From IMG/VR virus record IMGVR_UViG_3300027844_001828, positions 1 through 64,000 of that record: a DNA stretch of 64,000 bases; one strand, written 5' to 3'. The notes beneath the pieces were generated by a model. It saw nothing but the letters and a program-made list of their open reading frames with translations, was not told the DNA's origin and searched no databases. Positions 53,045 to 62,259 of this stretch are shown here, piece after piece. Position 1 is the first letter of the stretch; every line of letters starts with the position of its first letter. The position numbers and the translations under genes were made by a program.

Positions 53045-54700
53045 ATGAAATTAGTAATATTAGAGTCTCCGAATAAGATATCCACCATTAAAAAGTATCT
53101 ACCTGATGACTTTGAGGTCTTGGCCTCAGTTGGTCATATCATGGAGATACCGGCAGATTCGATGAATATCAACATAGCAGATGGGACATTCGCTCCCGTT
53201 ATCAGACCGATACCAGGAAAAGAAGATACAATAAAGTTGATTCAGTTTAAGGCCAAGCAAGCCGATGAAGTGTTTATCTGTACTGACCCTGACCGTGAGG
53301 GAGAAAGAATAGCTCTAGATATCTATGAAATATTGGAAGATAAAAGCAAAGTTAAGCGAGCGGCTTTCCACGAGATCACAAAGAAAGCCGTGGCGAAGGC
53401 CATTAATGAGGCTGGAGATATTGATTTTAATAGAGCATACAGTCAAATGGCTCGTCAAATTATAGATCGAGTATTGGGGTACACAGTAAGTCCAATGGTA
53501 TGGAAGAGCATCGTTGGTGGAAAAAGCGCCGGGAGAGTCCAGTCTGTCGCCCTTGGGTTGATCGCAGAAAGAGAGGCGGAGATTGATTCTTTTGTAAGAG
53601 ACTTATTCTGGGATATCACTGTGGGTATGAAGATTGGAGGGGAAAATGTTTTCGGAGTTGTTTCAACAAACAATAAGGGGAATAGAATATACAAACAGGC
53701 CGACGCCGAGAGAGCAAAGGAGATCATTGAGAAAAGTGAGCTTAAGGTTTCAAACGTTAGCAAAAGTATCAAGGCAAGAAAGGCCCAGGCACCATTTGAC
53801 ACTGCTTCATTGCAGAAGTTGGCCTCTACAAATTTTGGGTGGTCAGGAAAAAAGACGATGGATGTTGCTCAGAAATTGTATGAAAAGGGAATGTGTACAT
53901 ATCATAGGACCGACAGTTTCAGCGTATCAACGGAGGCTCAAGAAGTCTGTTCAGGATATATAAAGACCGAACATGGAGACGATTACGTCCCAAAGACTCC
54001 AAATGTTTATAAGAAGAAAGGGCAAACATCTCAGGAGGCCCATGAGTGTATAAGGCCAACATCTGTAAGGGGAGACTCGTGGATTAATGAACCCTTAGAG
54101 AAAGATGAGCAGAGGCTTATAGATATGATCACGAACAGGTTTGTTGCCTCGCAAATGTCTGACTTGAGGGTAAAAAGCACCGTTATCACTATTCCATGCA
54201 AGCCGTGTAAGATTATTGTAGAGGGGAAGTCGATTGAGTTTGATGGCTGGTCAAAGGTTTGGCAAATAAGCGGAAAGGAAGTATTCCTTCCGAATATCGA
54301 AGAGAATGACACCCTCGATCTCAATGGAGTGGTTATTAAGGATCATGAGACCCGTCCACCGGAAAGGTACAACACGGGTACTTTAGTGTCAAAGATGGAG
54401 AAGCACGGGGTTGGAAGGCCCTCAACATGGGCGCAGATAATTGAAAACATCGTTGGGCGAGGATATGTTGAAAATGACGGGAAGAGGTTCGCTCTCACCA
54501 GTATAGGGAAGGATGTTTATACTTTCTTGGTGAATAAATTTAGAGAATCTTTCATGGACTTGGGATACACTTCTACAGTAGAAGCCGAGTTAGACAAAAT
54601 ATGTAAAGACCCGTCAATTAGAGTGGAAGTGATTTCTAACTTTTACGATAATATTAACAGGGCAATCAAAAAAAGTCGGCGCGTATCCCTTGGAATATAG
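53045..54700 (+). CDS. topA: DNA topoisomerase IA (core, no C-terminal zinc ribbons)
   Basis: 'LVILESPNK', 'SVGHI', 'TDPDREGE', 'SAGRVQS', active-site 'TYHRTDS', 'HECIRPT', 'GVGRPSTW'. Confidence 0.95.
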   Translation: MKLVILESPNKISTIKKYLPDDFEVLASVGHIMEIPADSMNINIADGTFAPVIRPIPGKEDTIKLIQFKAKQADEVFICTDPDREGERIALDIYEILEDKSKVKRAAFHEITKKAVAKAINEAGDIDFNRAYSQMARQIIDRVLGYTVSPMVWKSIVGGKSAGRVQSVALGLIAEREAEIDSFVRDLFWDITVGMKIGGENVFGVVSTNNKGNRIYKQADAERAKEIIEKSELKVSNVSKSIKARKAQAPFDTASLQKLASTNFGWSGKKTMDVAQKLYEKGMCTYHRTDSFSVSTEAQEVCSGYIKTEHGDDYVPKTPNVYKKKGQTSQEAHECIRPTSVRGDSWINEPLEKDEQRLIDMITNRFVASQMSDLRVKSTVITIPCKPCKIIVEGKSIEFDGWSKVWQISGKEVFLPNIEENDTLDLNGVVIKDHETRPPERYNTGTLVSKMEKHGVGRPSTWAQIIENIVGRGYVENDGKRFALTSIGKDVYTFLVNKFRESFMDLGYTSTVEAELDKICKDPSIRVEVISNFYDNINRAIKKSRRVSLGI

Positions 54701-54759
54701 GGTAATTTTTTATGATAATTTCTGGGTTTTCAGGTATCGGTGTGATTATAAGAGGAGGG

Positions 54760-55503
54760 ATGTCTCAATCGCCATTTAGATTTCTTAGCGCCGACATAAA
54801 TCTAAGTCAAAACATTAATATCTATCTACCATCATACGGTGGGGAAAATCTTAGAAGAATAATTTCTCCAAATATTGGAACAATATCGGGGAGGGTGTCT
54901 TTGATACCAACCGCCTCTTCAAGCGCAATGTTTTATAATATCGTCAAGGACTTCGAGCCGGTAGATGTCAAGCTGTATTATTATTCTGGCCGAAATAGAT
55001 CCTTCACCACTTGTTTCTTAGACAACCTGACGTTTTCTTGTAAGGCCGGTGAAATGGTCAATTTAAGTTTTGATGTGGTTTGTGAGGGTGAGGACTTTGA
55101 GTCCAATTCAAAAAGATACACTGTCGCTGAAAAACTTGTAACCTGGGACAAGACTGGAATTACTGGGTTCCCATTGAGCGCCACTGAGGATCTGAATAGT
55201 TTTACCTACTCTGTAAAGAACAACCTGGTTCTCATTAGAACAGCGGAAGGTCTGCTTCCAAGAAAGTACGGTAAAGGAATACAGGAGGTCAGTGGTAATT
55301 TGACTTATTTCTCATCTATAGATTCTTTGAGAGAGCCGTCTCGACTGAATAAATATAAGATTCAAGTTTCCAATGCAGTAACCTTTTATGTTGACGACTT
55401 CTCTGTTACCCATAAGATCGCGAACCATTGGACATACAAGACACCATTGAGTCCTGGGATCGTCATCACGACCCTTGACTGGACCCGCGTTGACGACATA
55501 TAA
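54760..55503 (+). CDS. Tail-tube-like protein, isolated from the structural module
   Basis: Two similar halves ('ISGRVSL...FTTCFLDNLTFSCKAGEMVNLSFDV' and 'LNSFTYSVKNNL...IQEVSGNLTY') resemble phage tube-fold proteins. GGAGG SD before ATG 54760. Confidence 0.5.
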   Translation: MSQSPFRFLSADINLSQNINIYLPSYGGENLRRIISPNIGTISGRVSLIPTASSSAMFYNIVKDFEPVDVKLYYYSGRNRSFTTCFLDNLTFSCKAGEMVNLSFDVVCEGEDFESNSKRYTVAEKLVTWDKTGITGFPLSATEDLNSFTYSVKNNLVLIRTAEGLLPRKYGKGIQEVSGNLTYFSSIDSLREPSRLNKYKIQVSNAVTFYVDDFSVTHKIANHWTYKTPLSPGIVITTLDWTRVDDI

Positions 55504-55517
55504 TTGTTGTCAGCAGC

Positions 55518-55545
55518 TTGCAATTTATTCGTATCACGGTATAAT
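55518..55545 (+). promoter_or_regulatory. Sigma70-type promoter TTGCAA-N16-TATAAT
   Basis: Intergenic, upstream of dnaX; perfect -10; third copy of the motif. Confidence 0.75.
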
Positions 55546-55595
55546 ATACAATCGGGAAGCTATGTCGATGTTAATTATTATAATCGGAGAACACG

Positions 55596-56690
55596 ATGCC
55601 AGAGATCTTTTATCAAAAATACAGGCCTAAATACATTGGTCACCTAATAGGTCAAGAAATCGTTTCCAAAATACTCACGAGAGCCTGTGAGAAAGAGTTT
55701 TTCCACCATTCGTACTTGTTATCTGGAAAACACGGCACCGGAAAGACCACAGTAGCCCGAATTATCGCATCTATGCTTGTTTGTGAGTCAAGGAAGACCG
55801 GAAGTGATGTCACATGTGGAAAATGCCCCGGCTGCAATGCGGTACATAAGAATGCGTCTCCAGACGTTCAGGAAATCGATGCGGCGTCGAATAGCAGCGT
55901 TGACAATATTAGATCCGTGATCGAAAGTAGCCGCCACTCTCCACAGGACTTGAAAAAGAGAGTGTTCATTATTGATGAATGTCATAGGCTCAGTCCAGCC
56001 GCTATGTCAGCTTTGTTGAAAACATTGGAAGAACCATCTTCCTCTTCGGTGTTCATATTGTGTACAACAGAGTTCGATAAGGTTTTGTCAACTATTAAAG
56101 GCCGGTGTCAAAAGTTGTTTTTCAATCCGGTACCACCCAAGAAAATGATTCCGTATTTAGGTGGTTTGTTTAAGTCAAGGGATGTTAAGATTGACACACC
56201 AGCGTTATTCAGTATCGCATCAGCCAGTGGCGGAAGTGTCCGAGAAGCGCTTGAGATTTCCCAAGAAGTTATTGTGTTAGCGGATGGCGAAGTGACTGAA
56301 GCAATGATTGCTGAGAATTACGGGATAGCAAACCGCCAGGATCTTTACACCTTAGTTGGTGCCACATTGTCGGACGACTTAATAAAAACTTTTGACACCT
56401 TAGAGCGACTTTTCGCATCAAATATTGATGTACGAAAGGTTTGCAGAGAAATTGGAGATATTTTTAGGAGTATAATGTTATCGAAAGTTGATTCAAAATA
56501 TATTAATGGATTGGTTGACTCAGAAAAAGAGTTCATTAGTAAGACGGGGTCAACAGTAAACATTTCGGATTTAGCGTCATTCTTGCCCTTTTTCGAAGAG
56601 GCGGAAAGATGTTTCGAAGTAAACGTAAACAACAAATGGGTATTAGAAGCCATAATTGTTAAGATAACTCAAAAGATAAACGGAAAATAA
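55596..56690 (+). CDS. dnaX: DNA polymerase III clamp loader subunit gamma/tau (short, gamma-like)
   Basis: 'YQKYRP...LIGQE', 'GKHGTGKTTVARI', Zn module 'CGKCPGC', 'EIDAASNSSVDNIR', 'IIDECHRLS', 'LLKTLEEP', 'GRCQ'. Confidence 0.95.
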   Translation: MPEIFYQKYRPKYIGHLIGQEIVSKILTRACEKEFFHHSYLLSGKHGTGKTTVARIIASMLVCESRKTGSDVTCGKCPGCNAVHKNASPDVQEIDAASNSSVDNIRSVIESSRHSPQDLKKRVFIIDECHRLSPAAMSALLKTLEEPSSSSVFILCTTEFDKVLSTIKGRCQKLFFNPVPPKKMIPYLGGLFKSRDVKIDTPALFSIASASGGSVREALEISQEVIVLADGEVTEAMIAENYGIANRQDLYTLVGATLSDDLIKTFDTLERLFASNIDVRKVCREIGDIFRSIMLSKVDSKYINGLVDSEKEFISKTGSTVNISDLASFLPFFEEAERCFEVNVNNKWVLEAIIVKITQKINGK

Positions 56691-56708
56691 TTCAGATAGT
56701 ACGCTTCC

Positions 56709-56730
56709 TTCCCTGCTCATGCAAGGGGAA
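56709..56730 (+). promoter_or_regulatory. Putative hairpin occluding the ribosome-binding site of the sigma factor gene
   Basis: ttccct-gc (tcat) gc-aa-ggggaa can pair and covers the AAGGGG SD 8 nt before GTG 56737. Confidence 0.35.
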
Positions 56731-56736
56731 TAACAA

Positions 56737-57444
56737 GTGGAAAAAGACACGAAGAAGAGACCAAAGAACAAAGCGAAAACCAAGGAACAGGTAGAAAAAT
56801 TAAATAACTATGCTCTTAGTTTGCAGATGAACATCGATAACGATGAGGCTTTTGAAGCAATCCATGCAGCATTGCATAACTTTATAATAAGCCAGGCTTT
56901 TCATAGGTTTATTATCAAGGGGCAAGAAGGTAAAGACTTGTATCAAGAATCGTTAATTGTCTTGTGGCAAAAGGCGATTCCTAAATTCAATCCAGATAAG
57001 GGAATGAGTTTTCTTGGGTTTGCTAAGATGTGTATAAATAGGCACCTGATCACAATATTGAATAGCGCCTTAAATCGAAAGAAAGACATTCCTATGAATA
57101 GGTCAGTTTCTCTCGATGAAGTATTTGGCGGTAAAGATGGAGATGAAGAGGGATGCTCCCTATATAACATGTTAGCTGATGAAGACACTGATTTTGTTAG
57201 AGATTTATGCTCGAATCAAGATCGACATGAGACGGTTAAAAAATTGAAAGCGGAGTTAAGTCCATTTGAATCTATGGTACTTTACCACTATCTTGATCAC
57301 CTATCATACAAAGAAATTGCCGAGTCTGTGTCAAACACTCTTGGCACACGATATAATGAAAAGTCAGTAGACAACGCTTTGCTTAGAATAAGGAGAAAAG
57401 CATCCGACCTGATGTCGGAAGTTCAGCTGGCCCTTTTTGAATAG
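56737..57444 (+). CDS. sigH: RNA polymerase sigma factor, SigH (Spo0H)-like
   Basis: 'KDLYQESLIVLWQKAIPKF...SFLGFAKMCINRHLITIL...RKKDIPMNRSVSLD' and 'LSPFESMVLYHYLDHLSYKEIA...KSVDNALLRIRRK' parallel the SigH signature segments. Confidence 0.85.
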   Translation: MEKDTKKRPKNKAKTKEQVEKLNNYALSLQMNIDNDEAFEAIHAALHNFIISQAFHRFIIKGQEGKDLYQESLIVLWQKAIPKFNPDKGMSFLGFAKMCINRHLITILNSALNRKKDIPMNRSVSLDEVFGGKDGDEEGCSLYNMLADEDTDFVRDLCSNQDRHETVKKLKAELSPFESMVLYHYLDHLSYKEIAESVSNTLGTRYNEKSVDNALLRIRRKASDLMSEVQLALFE

Positions 57445-57459
57445 AACAAGGAGTAGACA

Positions 57460-58635
57460 ATGCACGTTAAGACCCTCTCTGATAAGATATTGGAAACGAT
57501 TGATAAAGGCACCGTATCATTAGCCTTGCCGCCAAAAATTGAGGGGCCACTCTCGGAATTCGGGAGTGTGTCCTTTAGTGAAGATGGGATTTCCGTAAGG
57601 TCATCTGGCTCACATTCATCTTCAGAATATTCACGCGATTGGGACGATGATGAAGAATTTATTAGTGCCGGATCATGCGCGATAAATATCGCCAAGTTGA
57701 AATCTATGTTGTCTTCTACCAAGAAGGGAACTCCGGTTGAGATAAGGCTTAATGAGAAAGAAGCGAGTGGCGAAGCTATTGGGGTATTGGAATGTGAAGC
57801 TGGGAAAAGCTCTTGGAGGATGCCTTGCGTACACTCTGACATAGTTGCCGATGTGAGACCGGATAATGGGAAACTCATGCTTGAAGCAACAAAGAAAGAC
57901 CTTGTCATGGCGATCTCTTCTGTTTCCTATGCGGCGAACATAAGGGATGCATTTTTTACGAACTCAAACATTTGTTTCAGCGTAAATGGTGATAAGCTCT
58001 TAATGGGCGCGACAGATGATATTCGTTGTGCGGTCTACGAATTGAAATTGGAGAACCAATACGAAGATAGCAGATTCTTAGCTCCAGTAGTATGTGTCTC
58101 TCCAGCGTTGAAAAGTTTCAATGAGGGGCCGATGTCTATTTTTGTCGGTGACAAAAGCGTAAGGCTCGAACAGCATGGTCACCAAGTCAGATTCTCTCTT
58201 CCAGATGCCGCTGATGTAAACAGGTTTCCAAAGTACGAAGCCGCTGTGTTGGCTAATTATCCGTATTCAACCAGAGTCCTTGTCAGCGCATTTGCAGAAG
58301 CGATAAGCGCCTGTCAGAAAATGAACAAGGAAGAATTTTTACTCCGATACAAAGATGACGTTATGGATTTGTATGCTTACGACAGCAAAGATGGGATGTC
58401 ATATAAATCAGAGGTTGGGTACACTGGTGATAATATTAGTGTCTCAGTGGAGATATGCTCAATGTTTTTGATCGAGTTCATCAAGAAGGTTAGTGGAGAT
58501 GTCGTTAATATTGAGTTCAGAGAAAATGAGGGTAAGCAGAAGGTCATCAAGATCTCTGACGAGTCTGGGAGAACTTACATAATGAAATCACTTGTTGATA
58601 TGATTTGCGTACCTCCAGATTCAATTGAGGTATAA
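57460..58635 (+). CDS. dnaN: DNA polymerase III beta sliding clamp
   Basis: Three-domain length (391 aa). 'LVMAISSVSYAA...ICFSVNGDKLLMGATDDIRCA', 'RFPKYEAAV' and 'FLIEFIK' match beta-clamp motifs. Confidence 0.8.
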   Translation: MHVKTLSDKILETIDKGTVSLALPPKIEGPLSEFGSVSFSEDGISVRSSGSHSSSEYSRDWDDDEEFISAGSCAINIAKLKSMLSSTKKGTPVEIRLNEKEASGEAIGVLECEAGKSSWRMPCVHSDIVADVRPDNGKLMLEATKKDLVMAISSVSYAANIRDAFFTNSNICFSVNGDKLLMGATDDIRCAVYELKLENQYEDSRFLAPVVCVSPALKSFNEGPMSIFVGDKSVRLEQHGHQVRFSLPDAADVNRFPKYEAAVLANYPYSTRVLVSAFAEAISACQKMNKEEFLLRYKDDVMDLYAYDSKDGMSYKSEVGYTGDNISVSVEICSMFLIEFIKKVSGDVVNIEFRENEGKQKVIKISDESGRTYIMKSLVDMICVPPDSIEV

Positions 58636-58637
58636 TA

Positions 58638-59621
58638 ATGGCAGAAGTATACATTATTTGTGGCGATGACTATTTTAGAAAAATAGAGATAGATAAAGTA
58701 AAAAGCCAATACGATTTTTCTATCAAGTCGGACTATCCAGACAAGGAAGGGTTGTTCAGGGACTTGTTTTTTGAGTCGGTTTTTGACAGTGGTAGAAAGG
58801 CGGTTGTGGTCAGGGGCTTGGATATGAAGAAGTGGGCTTCAGATTTGATATTGAGATTTTCTAAATCGTCTTCAAATGATTGCTTGATCGTTAGCGAAGG
58901 AGACCCTAAAAAGGCAAAGGCCTTCGCAAAGAAGATAGATGGAGTCCAACTTGTTGAATTGAGCAAAGCTAATAAACCCAATGATGGGGTCAAGTTCTCT
59001 ATTGATAGAGCAAAAGACTTCGGGTTCACACTCAACAGAGACGGGGCCAAACTCCTTGTTGATCTTTGTGGATTAGATTATGCGATGTTATCAACCGAGA
59101 TTGACAAGTTGTCTGATATTTTTCCTGGCGAGGACATTGGAGAAAGAGAAGTGTATTTTTGCATAAATAGGTTATCTGGCAATTCCGACTTCCTCTCCCT
59201 CTACGTTTCCATTATGACAGGAGACACCTCCGAGTCCATAAGACATGCTCACAACATGAAGGATGAAATGACTCTTGACGCTGTATTGGGATCGATCATA
59301 AAAATTCTTCATGCTACAATAATAATCTCTCTTTTCGATGGCGATAAAGACAGAGCTTTTGATTTCTCAACAGCTAAGCGTGAAGAGGCTAAAACGAGCT
59401 TTTCATCTATCGGTGGAGTTAAGAAAAGTAAAGACCCGGCTCCCACAAAGTTCTTGTATAATGTATCTGATAAGGTGCAAAAAAGAATACTGTGCAAGCG
59501 AAAGGTTTTAGCTCTTTATGAAAATGCCTATAATTCATTAGTGAATAGTAGGGTCAAACAAAATGAAAACCTCGCTCTTGCACAGTTAGACAAGATAATT
59601 TGTTTAATGTGTAGGAGATAA
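58638..59621 (+). CDS. holA: DNA polymerase III delta subunit
   Basis: 'VYIICGDDYFR', 'LFFESVFDSGRKAVVV', 'LVDLCGLDYAMLSTEIDKL'; adjacent to dnaN. Confidence 0.75.
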   Translation: MAEVYIICGDDYFRKIEIDKVKSQYDFSIKSDYPDKEGLFRDLFFESVFDSGRKAVVVRGLDMKKWASDLILRFSKSSSNDCLIVSEGDPKKAKAFAKKIDGVQLVELSKANKPNDGVKFSIDRAKDFGFTLNRDGAKLLVDLCGLDYAMLSTEIDKLSDIFPGEDIGEREVYFCINRLSGNSDFLSLYVSIMTGDTSESIRHAHNMKDEMTLDAVLGSIIKILHATIIISLFDGDKDRAFDFSTAKREEAKTSFSSIGGVKKSKDPAPTKFLYNVSDKVQKRILCKRKVLALYENAYNSLVNSRVKQNENLALAQLDKIICLMCRR

Positions 59622-59623
59622 AT

Positions 59624-60280
59624 ATGATAATAGGAATCGACCAGTCCCTAACTGGAACTGGAATAGCTTCAATTGACGATGACGGAACTCTTCTAATGAC
59701 CCAAACGGTCGAAACGAGTAAGATGAGGGGCGTAGAGCGATTGGCTCAAATCTGTCAGGTGGTAGAAGAGATGTGCGATAACGTTGGCGAGAAATACGTT
59801 GTTGCCAGAGAGGGTTACTCTTTCGGAAGCAAGGGTAGAGCAACCTTTAGCCTCGGAGAACTCGGCGGCTGTTTGGATCTCACCTTGTACCAAATTGAAA
59901 ATCCAAATCTCAAGTCCTATTACATTATCCCGCCAACGACTATCAAGAAACTTTGCCTGGGATCTGGCGCTATAAAGAAAGATAGTGCCTATTTATTGAA
60001 GATATTCACCACTCTGGGTATAGAATTCGCTAACGATAACGAAGCTGATGCTTACATGATTGCTGTTTCTTTATGGAAGTATTTAAGGTCTTCAAAGGCC
60101 AATTCTATCAAAGGTTATTACGAGACCCTCAAGGTATATGAAAAAGAGGCAATTTTGAGTTCCCTAATTTCCAAATCAGGGTCTGGCGTAACTAAGGCCT
60201 CACTTAAAAATTTAACTGAGGAAGATTACGCAACAGCAGCCAAATCTGTTTTAGATGGCTACTTATGCTTTGCGAGATAA
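59624..60280 (+). CDS. ruvC: RuvC-like Holliday junction resolvase
   Basis: 'IIGIDQSLTGTG', 'EGYSF', 'LGELGG', 'PTTIKK', 'DNEADAY'. Confidence 0.88.
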   Translation: MIIGIDQSLTGTGIASIDDDGTLLMTQTVETSKMRGVERLAQICQVVEEMCDNVGEKYVVAREGYSFGSKGRATFSLGELGGCLDLTLYQIENPNLKSYYIIPPTTIKKLCLGSGAIKKDSAYLLKIFTTLGIEFANDNEADAYMIAVSLWKYLRSSKANSIKGYYETLKVYEKEAILSSLISKSGSGVTKASLKNLTEEDYATAAKSVLDGYLCFAR

Positions 60281-60290
60281 CGGAGTCGAT

Positions 60291-60509
60291 ATGATAAAGA
60301 AAAATTCAGATTCAATCCAAACCATTCAAGAATTATTAAAAAGAACTCATAATGGAAGGATTATAGACAAGCAAATTGACAATTCAAATGAAAATATTGA
60401 AGGGTATGGGAAGACGGAGTGCCAATTGTGTGGTCTAATCTTAACATCGGACCAATTCGTGAGCGGATGCCTTCAGTGTGGCTCGACAGAATTTAATGCA
60501 ATAACGTAA
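60291..60509 (+). CDS. Small zinc-ribbon protein
   Basis: GGAG SD; 'CQLC...CLQC'. Confidence 0.55.
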   Translation: MIKKNSDSIQTIQELLKRTHNGRIIDKQIDNSNENIEGYGKTECQLCGLILTSDQFVSGCLQCGSTEFNAIT

Positions 60510-60519
60510 GGAGTTAACA

Positions 60520-61482
60520 ATGGCTAGTATACAAACAGCTGGACATGGCAATCCAAATAGAGACGACGCATATCACAATCCATATTTTGACACTTCAGAT
60601 ATGCTCGCACAGTCGCTAAAAAATAATCTTAAGGGCGTGACAAGCGATAGTGTCCAGGTTGAGGGATCATCCGTTGATATTGAAGGAGATCCAGCGGCGG
60701 TCCCCTTTGGGGCGGTTGGACCCGCTGGAGAAATTGCTGAAAGAGGAAGTGACTCTCTCGGCGGAAATTATGTAAGCCCATTATTTTACGAGCAGGTTCT
60801 TAATAATCTTGATGCCGTGAAGGATGACTTGTCTGCCCTGTTCCAAAATTCGTCTTCAGACCATGTTGTGGCAGAAAAAATTGAGCAGACAATCAGAAGA
60901 GTCGAGGGGATTCAGCAAGACATGGGCGCAGAAATAGTCCCATTTGAGCCATTAAGGAACATGTCCGGGCTCGAAAATGGTGGTCCATTGGAGAACACTG
61001 AGAAGGTGATTGAGAACACTGTTCATCACTATAAGATGAATAAGATAAGCTCAATCGAGCCAGAACTTGTTGCCAATAAAGGATCAATCAGGATACATTT
61101 ATATGGCCATTCGGACAATCTGGGATTTGAAATACGAGGAACGGTAACCTCAAATAGCGACTTCAATGGGAACGAAGCTATCGATTATGTTTACTCGCCA
61201 GAAGGTGGGCTAATGACCGTTAAAGCCAAGATTGGCGGGCAATGGAGAGACGTGTCAGAGAATTGCAGAATAAACTTTGAAGTCAACAGAACTAAATTTG
61301 ATGAAGAGGGAACAGAGCCGTTCTGGACTTTCCTTGGAGAAAAAATAATTGCGGAGGGGAAGGAAAAAATCGTCTCGGCATTGAAGATCAATAATAACAG
61401 TTTGAGATTTGGTAAATGCAGGGTTTTTTCAAATGACCAAGTAATAATAGATAAGATCGAAAAGCTGGTTAGAATAAACTAA
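60520..61482 (+). CDS. Hypothetical protein (320 aa)
   Basis: AGGAG SD; intact ORF; no recognised motif. Confidence 0.65.
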   Translation: MASIQTAGHGNPNRDDAYHNPYFDTSDMLAQSLKNNLKGVTSDSVQVEGSSVDIEGDPAAVPFGAVGPAGEIAERGSDSLGGNYVSPLFYEQVLNNLDAVKDDLSALFQNSSSDHVVAEKIEQTIRRVEGIQQDMGAEIVPFEPLRNMSGLENGGPLENTEKVIENTVHHYKMNKISSIEPELVANKGSIRIHLYGHSDNLGFEIRGTVTSNSDFNGNEAIDYVYSPEGGLMTVKAKIGGQWRDVSENCRINFEVNRTKFDEEGTEPFWTFLGEKIIAEGKEKIVSALKINNNSLRFGKCRVFSNDQVIIDKIEKLVRIN

Positions 61483-61510
61483 ACATGTAATAAAATGGAT
61501 CTTCAGTAAA

Positions 61511-61939
61511 ATGAGCAAAGTAACACAAAGAGAAAATCAAAGAAGAACGTTTGTAGATTCTTTGTATAAGGAGCTTGACAAGCTCTCTTCTGCATTTGAA
61601 GCTGAAAATGAAACGTTATTGGCAAAGGCAAGCACCCTCATTTTTGAAGACAAGCTCAGTAATGACATGGCCGTTGATTTACTTATCATCGACGGTATAG
61701 GTTCTAAAGAGGCCCGTCAGTGTGTGAACACACTTTGCGCCAGTAAACTTTCCAGTTCATCCGACACCAAACAATTCGACTATTCATTTTCAGACCATAG
61801 AGGCAGAATTTTCAGCGGAAGAGAATTAGGCAATCTGGTTGAAGCTGAAAACGAAGAGAAGGCAGAGGTTATTGCTGGTGAGATCCTTTCATCATTTGAC
61901 CCTCCAGTTCAGTTGCTGTCGGTAACCGAACTATCTTAG
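61511..61939 (+). CDS. Hypothetical protein (142 aa)
   Basis: Intact co-oriented ORF. Confidence 0.6.
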   Translation: MSKVTQRENQRRTFVDSLYKELDKLSSAFEAENETLLAKASTLIFEDKLSNDMAVDLLIIDGIGSKEARQCVNTLCASKLSSSSDTKQFDYSFSDHRGRIFSGRELGNLVEAENEEKAEVIAGEILSSFDPPVQLLSVTELS

Positions 61940-61959
61940 GTCACATAGGAGGATGAGAT

Positions 61960-62259
61960 ATGTATAATATTTCTCCACATGCATTGACCATAATGTCAAT
62001 TATCAATAACGTCGCAGACCTCGCCGTTAAACATCACGAATACCATGTCGCCAGAGATGTCGTCCGAGCGATGGAAAAAGTTTGCGCCGAATTGGAATTT
62101 GATCTCCCTAACAATGTTTTTGCGCATATAATAAGCATCATAGGCAACAACCCTCCGATTAGAACGGCCAGGGAATTAGAAATGCTTAGTTTCATGGTGA
62201 TAGAAAAAGACAAGCAACTTAGTAAAAAGCCACAGGCAAACGACAAGAGAAATGAGTAA
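61960..62259 (+). CDS. Hypothetical protein (99 aa)
   Basis: GGAGG SD; intact ORF. Confidence 0.6.
   Translation: MYNISPHALTIMSIINNVADLAVKHHEYHVARDVVRAMEKVCAELEFDLPNNVFAHIISIIGNNPPIRTARELEMLSFMVIEKDKQLSKKPQANDKRNE

Noticed and set aside
38171-56690. Inteins or introns in the helicases, TopA or DnaX
   Set aside because: Protein lengths and motif spacing are normal, with no Hint (C...HN) or homing-endonuclease motifs.
58605-58636. TTGCGT...TATAAT before holA
   Set aside because: The 20-nt spacing is too long, and the TATAAT overlaps the dnaN stop and holA RBS region.
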